64,000 nt of DNA from Acidobacteriota bacterium. Its GTDB lineage: Bacteria > Acidobacteriota > Thermoanaerobaculia > Multivoradales > UBA5704. Made by a program: the position numbers and the translations under genes. The DNA is taken from contig JBDTZG010000002.1 in assembly GCA_040005235.1 (NCBI GenBank), positions 199,775-263,774 on the forward strand, read 5' to 3'. The notes below the pieces were generated by a model. It saw nothing but the letters and a program-made list of their open reading frames with translations, searched no databases and was not told where the DNA came from. Shown here one piece after another: positions 25,913 to 36,001 of this stretch. Every line of letters starts with the position of its first letter. The stretch's first letter is position 1.

Positions 25913-26880
25913 CAGAACAGCTCCAGACCCCAGAGATCGTGAAGATGGACGATGCCGATCGGGCGCCTCTCCTCGTCGCAGACGAACAGCGAGGTGATCC
26001 GCCGCTCTTCCATCTCGTGGAGTGCCGCGGCAGCGAGCTCGCCGGGCGGGATCGTTTTCGGGTTCGGCTTCATGCACTCGCCTGCCGAGTGGCCGAGGGG
26101 CGCGTCGTCGGTCGCGAGCAGGCGGCGCAGATCGCCGTCCGAAATGCAGCCGGCGAGCTTCCCCTCCGCATCGACCACGGCCGTGATTCCCAAGCCCTTT
26201 TTCGACATCTCGTAGATCGCATCGCGCATCGCCGTGGTAGTCGCCACGATCGGGAGGGCCGAGCCCGAATGCATCAGCTGCTCCACCTTCATCAGCTGCT
26301 TGCCAAGCTGTCCCGCGGGGTGAAGGCGGGCGAAATCCTCGCGGGTGAAGCCTTTCGCTTCGATCAGCGCCATCGCGAGCGCGTCGCCCATCGCGAGGGT
26401 CGCGGTGGTCGAAGCGGTGGGGGCAAGCTCGAGCGGGCAGGCTTCGCGATCGATCGCGACCGATAGGTGCAGATCGGCGTGGCGGGCGAGCGGGCTCTCC
26501 CGATTGCCGGTGATCGCGATCAGCGGCACGCCGAGCCGCTTGAGCGTCTCGACCAGGCGAAGCAGCTCCTCGGTGGTGCCGGACGAGGAGGCGGCGAGCA
26601 CCGCGTCCCCTCCGACGATCATGCCCAGGTCGCCATGCACCGCCTCGGCCGGATGGAGGAAGAACGAAGGGGTGCCGGTCGAGGCGAGGGTCGCCGCGAC
26701 CTTCTTCATGATGTGGCCGCTCTTCCCCATGCCGGTGCAGATCACCCGGCCGGAGCAGGCCGCGAGCCGCTCGACCGCCGCGTCGAACGCGCCGTCGAGC
26801 TGCGCCGTCAAAGCGTGAATCGCCGCGGCTTCGGTCGCGAAGACCTCTGCCGCGATCGTCCGCGGGCTGCGCGGTGTCAT
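25912..26880 (-). CDS. kdsD: Arabinose-5-phosphate isomerase (KpsF/GutQ, SIS+CBS)
   Basis: GMGKSGH, FLHPAEAVHGDLG, APTASTT, C-terminal CBS pair. Confidence 0.93.
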   Translation of the reverse strand: MTPRSPRTIAAEVFATEAAAIHALTAQLDGAFDAAVERLAACSGRVICTGMGKSGHIMKKVAATLASTGTPSFFLHPAEAVHGDLGMIVGGDAVLAASSSGTTEELLRLVETLKRLGVPLIAITGNRESPLARHADLHLSVAIDREACPLELAPTASTTATLAMGDALAMALIEAKGFTREDFARLHPAGQLGKQLMKVEQLMHSGSALPIVATTTAMRDAIYEMSKKGLGITAVVDAEGKLAGCISDGDLRRLLATDDAPLGHSAGECMKPNPKTIPPGELAAAALHEMEERRITSLFVCDEERRPIGIVHLHDLWGLELF

Positions 26881-27737
26881 GCCTCCGCTCCGCGATCAGA
26901 ACCCGTCACCGCGCGCCGCACGGCGACCAGCGAGGCGAGCAGCTTCTCCGCGCGATCCGGATCGAGCTGCACCGCGGAATCGGAGAGAGCGTGCGGCGGA
27001 TCGGGATGGATTTCGAGAAACACGCCGTCCGCCCCGGCCGCGATGGCGGCCCGGGCGAGCGGCTCGGCGAAGCGGCGCAGCCCCCCGCTCTGCTCGCCGC
27101 CGCCGGGCATTTGGAGCGAGTGGGTGATGTCGTAGATCACCGCGAGGCCGTCGTCCTTCATCCAAGCGAAGCTCCTCATGTCGACCACCAGGTTGTGGTA
27201 GCCGAACGAGGTGCCGCGCTCGGTGACTGTGATTCGGTCGTTGCCCGTGCTGCGCGCCTTGTCGACGATCCGGCGTAGGTCGTCGGGCGCCATGAACTGG
27301 CCCTTCTTCAGATTGACCGAACGGCCGGTCGCCGCCGCAGCGACCACCAGGTCGGTCTGGCGGCAGAGGAACGCGGGGATCTGCAGGACGTCGCAGACCT
27401 CCGCCGCGGGTGCGCATTGGTCGACCTGGTGAACGTCGGTGAGGATCGGCAGGCCGGTTTCGCGTTTTACCTCGGCGAGCCAGCGCAGCCCGAGGTCGAG
27501 CCCCGGACCGCGCGGACTGCCGAGCGAACTGCGGTTCGCCTTGTCGAACGACGATTTGAACACGAGAGGCAGATCGAGCCGCCGGGCCATCTCGGCCAGG
27601 CGATGGCCCATCCCGAGAGCCAGCTCTGCGGATTCGAGCATGCAGGGGCCGGCGATCACCGGCAGTCGGCCCGCCGCGGGGTCATCGCCGCCGATCTCGA
27701 CGCCTGGCGCGAGCTCGAACCGCTTGCCGGACGCCAA
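26877..27737 (-). CDS. kdsA: Kdo-8-phosphate synthase
   Basis: IAGPC, FKSSFDKANRSS, QIPAFLCRQTDL, ERGTSFGY. Confidence 0.95.
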   Translation of the reverse strand: MASGKRFELAPGVEIGGDDPAAGRLPVIAGPCMLESAELALGMGHRLAEMARRLDLPLVFKSSFDKANRSSLGSPRGPGLDLGLRWLAEVKRETGLPILTDVHQVDQCAPAAEVCDVLQIPAFLCRQTDLVVAAAATGRSVNLKKGQFMAPDDLRRIVDKARSTGNDRITVTERGTSFGYHNLVVDMRSFAWMKDDGLAVIYDITHSLQMPGGGEQSGGLRRFAEPLARAAIAAGADGVFLEIHPDPPHALSDSAVQLDPDRAEKLLASLVAVRRAVTGSDRGAEA

Positions 27738-29645
<1,908 letters not shown>

Positions 29646-30389
29646 TCAACGTCGGGCGGCGCTTCGGAGCCGCCGTTCGACCTCGGCGAGGTCCTCGGCG
29701 GTATCGACCCCGATCGAGGTCTCGCGAGTTTCGAGCACCCGGATCGGCATGCCGTTTTCGAGCGCCCGGAGCTGTTCGAGCGACTCGGTCCGTTCGAGCG
29801 CGGTGGGGGCAAGCGCCGCGAGTTCGAGCAAGGCGGCCCTCTGGTAGCCGTAGATCCCCAGGTGCTTCAAAGGGACCCAGCCCCCCTCGCCGCGCGCAAA
29901 CGGAATCCGCGAGCGGGAAAAATAGAGCGCCCGGCCGGTCCGGTCGAGCACGACCTTCACCGCATTCGGGTTCTCCAGCTCGTCGTCGGCGGCACGGACC
30001 GCGAGGGTGACGATGGGGTCCTCCGGGTGAGCCGCCAGGTGTTCGGCCACTTGGGTCACCGCGCCGGGGTCGATCATCGGCTCATCGCCCTGGATGTTGA
30101 TGACGCCCGAGGCGCTCCAGCTTCGCGCCGCCCAGGCGATCCGGTCGGTGCCGCTCGTGCAGCTCTCCGGTGTCATCTCGACTTCGCCGCCGAAACCTCG
30201 CACCACCGAGGCGATCCGCTCGTCGTCGGTCAGAACCACCACCCGCGAAAGCCCCCGGGCCGCGGCGACCCGCTCGTAGACATGCTGGACCATCGGCCGG
30301 CCGAGGATCGGAGCGAGAGCCTTGGCCGGCAACCGCGTCGAGCCGTACCGCGCGGGGATGGCGCCGACGATCTCGATCGGTTCCGTCAA
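29646..30389 (-). CDS. kdsB: CMP-Kdo synthetase
   Basis: IPARYGSTRLPAK, SGTDR, NIQGDEP, ALYFSRSRIP, LEQLRALE. Confidence 0.95.
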   Translation of the reverse strand: MTEPIEIVGAIPARYGSTRLPAKALAPILGRPMVQHVYERVAAARGLSRVVVLTDDERIASVVRGFGGEVEMTPESCTSGTDRIAWAARSWSASGVINIQGDEPMIDPGAVTQVAEHLAAHPEDPIVTLAVRAADDELENPNAVKVVLDRTGRALYFSRSRIPFARGEGGWVPLKHLGIYGYQRAALLELAALAPTALERTESLEQLRALENGMPIRVLETRETSIGVDTAEDLAEVERRLRSAARR

Positions 30390-31012
30390 GGCGCACCATA
30401 GATGGCGGCTTCTTCGGCCACAAAATCCCAGGTGGTGGGTCCGCCCCGGGTCCAGATCAATCCGAGATCGACTTCCACCGCCTCGAATGGCTCGGAACGG
30501 ACCTTGGCGTTGCCTTCATGGGTTTCGGAGAGCAGCCAGTGCGAGTTGTGGAGGCGGTAGACCTCAAAGGTGGTCAAGATCGGATCGAGAATCCAGGCAT
30601 GGGGAACTTGGGACGAGGCATAGATTCGGAGCTTTTTGATCCGGTCGAAACGGGCCGTGGACGGCGAAAGTAGCTCGCAGATCCAATCGGGCCGCACCGT
30701 ATAGGGACCCTGGTCGGGCGAAGCGAAGCGCTCGCGGCGCCATCCCGCGAGGTCGGGAATCAGCAGATTGGCGCCGAACCGGACCTCCGGTTCCGCGAGG
30801 ATCACCCAGCCGCCGGGACCTCCCTGACCGAACCGAAACGGCGGCAGGAGTAACCCGGTGAGAGCCGAAGCGGCTTCGATGTGCGGTGCCGCCGGTCGCG
30901 GGAAGGCGAACAACGACCCTTCGGCGATCTGCCCCTTCCACCCGGAGGGTAGATCGTCGAGATCCCGCTCGGTCGCAGGTCCCGGCGTCCTCCAACGGAA
31001 TGGCTCGATCAT
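30386..31012 (-). CDS. Uma2 family (PD-(D/E)xK-like) endonuclease-fold protein
   Basis: GPGGWVILAEPEV, PDLAGWRRER, PDWICELLSPST, WILDP. Confidence 0.88.
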   Translation of the reverse strand: MIEPFRWRTPGPATERDLDDLPSGWKGQIAEGSLFAFPRPAAPHIEAASALTGLLLPPFRFGQGGPGGWVILAEPEVRFGANLLIPDLAGWRRERFASPDQGPYTVRPDWICELLSPSTARFDRIKKLRIYASSQVPHAWILDPILTTFEVYRLHNSHWLLSETHEGNAKVRSEPFEAVEVDLGLIWTRGGPTTWDFVAEEAAIYGAP

Positions 31013-31107
31013 GAAGGCGAGAATAACGCGAATCTCCCCGCCCGGCTTCGACCTGGCGGACTCCATCGAACGATTTCTCTTGGGAGGTATCGGCGAGGTC
31101 GGGGAAT

Positions 31108-32736
31108 TCACTCCGCCTCGATCGCCAGCGCCATCGCTTCCGCGACTTTGATTCCATCGATCGCGGCAGAGAGAATCCCGCCCGCGAACCCGGCGCCTTC
31201 TCCCGCGGGGTAGAGGCCCGGGGTCCCAGGGCTTTGGAAGTCTTCTGCGCGAGGGATTCGGATCGGGGAGGAAGTGCGGGTTTCCACCCCCGTGAGCAGG
31301 GCGTCCGGCATGGCGAAGCCGCGGATCGTGCGGTCAAAGGCCGGGATCGCTTCGCGGATCGCTTCGATAGCGTACGAGGGGAGGCTCGCGCTCAGATCGC
31401 CGAGGTGAACTCCAGGGCGGTAGGAGGGGAGGACGGTGCCGAAGTCGGTCGAGGGGCGGCGGGCCAGGAAATCTCCGACGAGCTGGCCGGGGGCTTCGTA
31501 GTTGCGGCCTCCGAGGTCGAAGGCGATCTCTTCCCAATGGCGTTGGAAGTCGATGCCGGCGAGCGGGCTGCCGGGATAATCCTCTGGCGTGATCCCGACC
31601 ACGATGCCGGCGTTGGCGTTCGATTCATCCCGATTGTATTGACTCATGCCGTTGGTCACCACCCGGCCGGGTTCCGAGGCGGCGGCGACCACCGTGCCTC
31701 CCGGGCACATGCAGAAGCTGTAGACCGAGCGGCCGTTGGTCGCGTGGTGGACCAGCTTGTAGTCGGCGGCGCCGAGCATCGGGTGGCCGGCTTCCCGGCC
31801 GAAGCGGCAGCGGTCGATCAGCGTTTGTGGATGCTCGATGCGGAAGCCGATCGAGAAGGGCTTCGCCTCGATCGCGATGCCCCGATCGTAGAGCATCCGG
31901 AAGGTATCTCGGGCGCTGTGGCCGACCGCGAGGACGATCCGATCGGCTTCGATCTCGCTTCCATCGGCGAGCCGGACGCCTCGAACCTCCCTCCGAGAGC
32001 CTCCCTCCAGCAGCAGATCCTCCACCCGGGTCTTGAAGCGGATCTCGCCGCCCAAGGATTCGATCGTCGCGCGCAGGCTCTCGACCACCTTCACCAGGCG
32101 GAACGTGCCGATGTGCGGCTTGTTGACGTAGAGAATCTCCGGGGGCGCCCCGGCCGCGACGAACTCTTCGAGCACTTTCCGGCCGCGGTGGCCGGGGTCT
32201 TTCACTTGGCTGTAGAGCTTGCCGTCCGAGAACGTGCCGGCACCTCCTTCGCCGAATTGGACGTTCGATTCCGGATCGAGCGTGCCGCGGCGCCAGAGGC
32301 CGAAGGTGTCCACCGTGCGTTCGCGGACCGGCTTGCCCCGTTCGATCAGGGTGGGCCGGAAGCCCATTTGGGCGAGCAGCAGCCCGGCGAACAGGCCGCA
32401 GGGTCCCGTGCCGATAACGACCGGCCGGAGCGCGGGTTCCTTCGTGGCGCGGACCGGGAAGCGGTAGGAGGTGTCGGGCGTCGGCCCGACTTTGGTTCCG
32501 GAGAATGGACCGCCGGTGCGGCCGGCTCGCTTCAGGATCTCCGCCTCGCGCGTCGTCTCGACATCCAGGTGGTAGGTGAGCGCGATTTTCCCGCGCACTC
32601 TGGCGTCGAAACTTCGGCGCACCACGTGGATCGCGCCGAGATCCTTGGCGGCGATCTTCAGCTCGGCGAGCACAGCGGCGCGCAGGTCGGCTTCGGTATG
32701 GTCGAAGGGGAGCTTGATTTCGGTCAGGCGAAGCAT
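31108..32736 (-). CDS. FAD-dependent oxidoreductase (uncharacterised)
   Basis: VIGTGPCG, QFGEGGAGTFSDGKL, FCMCPGG, GEGAGFAGGILSAA. Confidence 0.9.
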   Translation of the reverse strand: MLRLTEIKLPFDHTEADLRAAVLAELKIAAKDLGAIHVVRRSFDARVRGKIALTYHLDVETTREAEILKRAGRTGGPFSGTKVGPTPDTSYRFPVRATKEPALRPVVIGTGPCGLFAGLLLAQMGFRPTLIERGKPVRERTVDTFGLWRRGTLDPESNVQFGEGGAGTFSDGKLYSQVKDPGHRGRKVLEEFVAAGAPPEILYVNKPHIGTFRLVKVVESLRATIESLGGEIRFKTRVEDLLLEGGSRREVRGVRLADGSEIEADRIVLAVGHSARDTFRMLYDRGIAIEAKPFSIGFRIEHPQTLIDRCRFGREAGHPMLGAADYKLVHHATNGRSVYSFCMCPGGTVVAAASEPGRVVTNGMSQYNRDESNANAGIVVGITPEDYPGSPLAGIDFQRHWEEIAFDLGGRNYEAPGQLVGDFLARRPSTDFGTVLPSYRPGVHLGDLSASLPSYAIEAIREAIPAFDRTIRGFAMPDALLTGVETRTSSPIRIPRAEDFQSPGTPGLYPAGEGAGFAGGILSAAIDGIKVAEAMALAIEAE

Positions 32737-32864
32737 GGGCGGCGGGAAGCTTATCGCCTGCGGCGTCCCCGGAGAGCCGACGAGACGAAACCCCCGTTGC
32801 GGTCTCGCGTATCTCTAGAACGGCACCCCCGCGCGCCCCACACTTCTCCTGGAGATTCCTGCTC

Positions 32865-34643
32865 ATGCTGAAACGTTTCATCGCCTCCGCCGCGCTCTGC
32901 CTCGTTGCGAGCGCCGCTCTCGCCGCACCCGGCGATTTGGCTACCCGCCGCAAGGCGCTCGATACCCTTCTCGCCGCCCAGTGGGAGGAGAACCTCAAAG
33001 AAAATCCGGAATTCGCCTCGATCCTCGGCGACAAGCGGTACAACGACCGCTTGAGCGAGAACACTCCCGCGTCGATCGCGGAGAACTACCGCAAGGCGGC
33101 GGAGTGGAAGAAACGCTTCGAAGCAATCGACACGACCGGCTTTCCGGAGCAGGAAGCGCTCAACAAGACGCTGATGGTGCGCGATTTGACCGAGATGCTT
33201 GCGAACCGGAAGTTCAAGAACTGGGAGATGCCGGTCACTCAGTTCTACGGCATCCACATCCAGGCGCCGTCGTTCGTCCAATACCTATCGTTCGAGACGG
33301 TGAAAGATTATGAGGACTACATCGCCCGCCTCGGCCAATTTCCGCGGGTGTTCGACGAGACGATCGCCTTGATGCGCCAAGGGATGGCGGACAAGCTGAT
33401 GCCGGCCAAGCTGCTGCTGGAAAAAGTGGCCGTGCAGGCCGAGGGGATCGCGAAGCAGAAGGCCGAAGAGACGCCCTTTGCCCATCCTTTCGAGAAGTTT
33501 CCCGACGCCGTGCCGGCGGGGGACCAGGCGCGTCTGCGCGAAAAGGGCCTCGCCGCGGTGCGCCAGAAAGTGCTGCCGGCCTACGTGAAATTCACCGCGT
33601 TCGTCCGGGACGAATATGCTCCCAGGGGACGGACCGAGCCGGGCGTCTGGTCGTTGCCGGACGGCGCCGCGCGCTATGCCGCCCTGGTAAAATCTTCGAC
33701 CACGACGGACATGACCCCCGAGGATATCCACCAGCTCGGTCTTTCCGAAGTGGCGCGGATCGAAGGGGAGATGCAGAAGATCGCGGTGCGGCTCGGCTTC
33801 AAAGACTGGAAGGCGCTGAACGTCGCGATCGAGGCGAATCCTGAGCTGCATGCGAAATCGGCGCAACAGATCGTCGACCTGTATTCGAAGTACATCGCCC
33901 AGATGAACGAGAAGCTGCCGCAGCTGTTCGGCCTGCTGCCGAAGGCGCAGTGCATCGTCAAGCCGATCGAAGCGTTCCGCGAGAAGGACGCCTCGGGCGC
34001 CGAGTACAACCAGGGTACGCCGGACGGCTCGCGCCCCGGCACGGTGATGGTCAACACCTATGAGTTCGCCAAACGCAAGACGATCAACATCGAGACCACC
34101 GCGTACCACGAGGGCGTACCGGGCCATCACATGCAGATCTCGATCGCCCAGGAGCTGCCGACGCTGCCGCCGTTTCGGGCGCAGGGAGGCAACGTGGCGT
34201 ACGTCGAGGGATGGGCGCTCTATTCAGAGGACTTAGGTGGCGAGGTCGGGTTCTTCCAAGACCCCTACAACCTCTACGGCCATTACATGGACGAGATGCT
34301 GCGCGCGATCCGGCTGGTCGTGGATACCGGATTCCACTACAAGCATTGGACCCGCGACCAGGTGGTGCAGTTCTTCCACGACCATTCAGGGATCGACGAG
34401 GTCGAGGTGCAGTCCGAGACCGATCGCTACATGGCGGTTCCGTCCCAGGCGCTCGGCTACAAGATCGGCCAGCTGAAGATTCGCGAGCTACGCGGGCGGG
34501 CGAAGAAAGAGCTGGGGCCGAAGTTCGACATCCGCAATTTCCATGATCAGGTGCTCGGCGCGGGCGCGCTGCCGCTCGACGTTCTGTCCGATCGGATCGA
34601 CCGTTGGATCGTCACCACGAAGGCGGGGACCCCGGCGAAGTAA
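32865..34643 (+). CDS. DUF885 family secreted protein (putative metallopeptidase)
   Basis: Signal peptide; HEGVPGHH, EGWALYSE, RLVVDTG, QALGYKIG. Confidence 0.92.
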   Translation: MLKRFIASAALCLVASAALAAPGDLATRRKALDTLLAAQWEENLKENPEFASILGDKRYNDRLSENTPASIAENYRKAAEWKKRFEAIDTTGFPEQEALNKTLMVRDLTEMLANRKFKNWEMPVTQFYGIHIQAPSFVQYLSFETVKDYEDYIARLGQFPRVFDETIALMRQGMADKLMPAKLLLEKVAVQAEGIAKQKAEETPFAHPFEKFPDAVPAGDQARLREKGLAAVRQKVLPAYVKFTAFVRDEYAPRGRTEPGVWSLPDGAARYAALVKSSTTTDMTPEDIHQLGLSEVARIEGEMQKIAVRLGFKDWKALNVAIEANPELHAKSAQQIVDLYSKYIAQMNEKLPQLFGLLPKAQCIVKPIEAFREKDASGAEYNQGTPDGSRPGTVMVNTYEFAKRKTINIETTAYHEGVPGHHMQISIAQELPTLPPFRAQGGNVAYVEGWALYSEDLGGEVGFFQDPYNLYGHYMDEMLRAIRLVVDTGFHYKHWTRDQVVQFFHDHSGIDEVEVQSETDRYMAVPSQALGYKIGQLKIRELRGRAKKELGPKFDIRNFHDQVLGAGALPLDVLSDRIDRWIVTTKAGTPAK

Positions 34644-34672
34644 GGGGCGTTGACGCGAAACAGGCGGGCGAA

Positions 34673-35965
34673 TCAGGCGGGCGAATCGGGCGACGGAAGC
34701 TCCTGGCGGAGCTCGTCGCCCGTTTCTTTGCCGGCGGGGCCGCAGAAGGGTAGCGCCATGACGAACAACGCGAGGCGCTGCACTTCGCTGTCGCCCCAGT
34801 TGTACTCGAACAGGCCGGCGACGTTGAAGCCGACCAGGGCGAGGATCGCTCCGACGTAAAGGGCGGCGTCCGGTCCGGCGTCGCGCCCCTGGTCGCAGTA
34901 GCGCCGCCAGGCGGTGCGGATCGCAACCGCCATCAGCCAGAAGTAGGCAAGGAGAGCGGGAATACCGCGCTCGGCGGCGATCTCCAGAAACGTATCGTGA
35001 AGGTGGGGCACCCAAAAGCGGGGCGCGGTCGGATCCCGGTACGGGGTGTAGCGGCTTTGGACGAGGTCAGGGCCGATCCCGAACAGGGGGTGCTCGGCGA
35101 TCATGTGGAAGCCGGCGTCGGCCATGCACAGGCGATCGTAGTTCGACGGATCGCTCAAGTTCGCCATCGAGAGGGCGCGCGAGACGATCGGCTTCGGTGC
35201 GATCAGTAAGAACAGAACGGCGACCAGCGGCAGGGCGAGCAGCCAGCGCGGCCGGCGGACGCCGACAAAGCCGATCAGGGTCACGCCAAGCGCCAGCCAG
35301 GCGTTGCGGGTGAGGCTGCCCAACAGGGCGACGTTGATCGCCGCGAGTGCCACCCATCGCCAGATGCTGCGCCGGCTCGCCGCCTCCAGCGTGAGCTGCG
35401 CGATCAGCAGAAGGTCGCAGATCAGCAGCACTCCGGCGAGCGTCATCCAGTGCGAAAACGGGCCGCGGATGCGTTGGTCGATCCCGCCGTACCCTTGCAG
35501 ATACTGGCCGAGCGCCCAGAACGCGAGAACCGCGCCGGAGGCGATCACCTGGTCGGCCAGGCGCCGGTGGAGCCCGTCGCGTCCCAGGAGCAGCGGGCCG
35601 AGCAGCAGGGTCGAAAGGAGAAAGATCTCGCCTAAGGAGCCGGCGCTCTCGCGCGGCAGCGGCGAGGCTACGACTGCGGCGGCCAGCCATAGGTAATAAG
35701 CCGCGAGCGGCGCGAACATCGGCTGAAGCCGAATGCGCCCGAGCGATTGGCCCCAGGCGGCCGGGCGAAACGCCGGCCAGCTCGAAATCAGGGCGAGCGC
35801 CAGGAAGGCGTTCGAGATCGCGATGCCGAACAGTGTGAGGAGATGGAGGGCGTAAAACCGGCGAGCCCACCGCAGCCACGGTCCTTCTTCTTGGGGGTCG
35901 TGAGGGAGCGGAGGGGAGGGCGCCACGGCTGCGGCAAGAGTAGGAGATCGGCCGGACGCGGTCAA
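34673..35965 (-). CDS. O-antigen ligase family membrane protein
   Basis: Multiple TMs; TRNAW, HPLFGIG, HLHDTFLEIAAERGI. Confidence 0.85.
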   Translation of the reverse strand: MTASGRSPTLAAAVAPSPPLPHDPQEEGPWLRWARRFYALHLLTLFGIAISNAFLALALISSWPAFRPAAWGQSLGRIRLQPMFAPLAAYYLWLAAAVVASPLPRESAGSLGEIFLLSTLLLGPLLLGRDGLHRRLADQVIASGAVLAFWALGQYLQGYGGIDQRIRGPFSHWMTLAGVLLICDLLLIAQLTLEAASRRSIWRWVALAAINVALLGSLTRNAWLALGVTLIGFVGVRRPRWLLALPLVAVLFLLIAPKPIVSRALSMANLSDPSNYDRLCMADAGFHMIAEHPLFGIGPDLVQSRYTPYRDPTAPRFWVPHLHDTFLEIAAERGIPALLAYFWLMAVAIRTAWRRYCDQGRDAGPDAALYVGAILALVGFNVAGLFEYNWGDSEVQRLALFVMALPFCGPAGKETGDELRQELPSPDSPA

Positions 35966-36001
35966 CGCTCGGGGCCCCTACGGCCCCGAGCGTCCGATCG
36001 A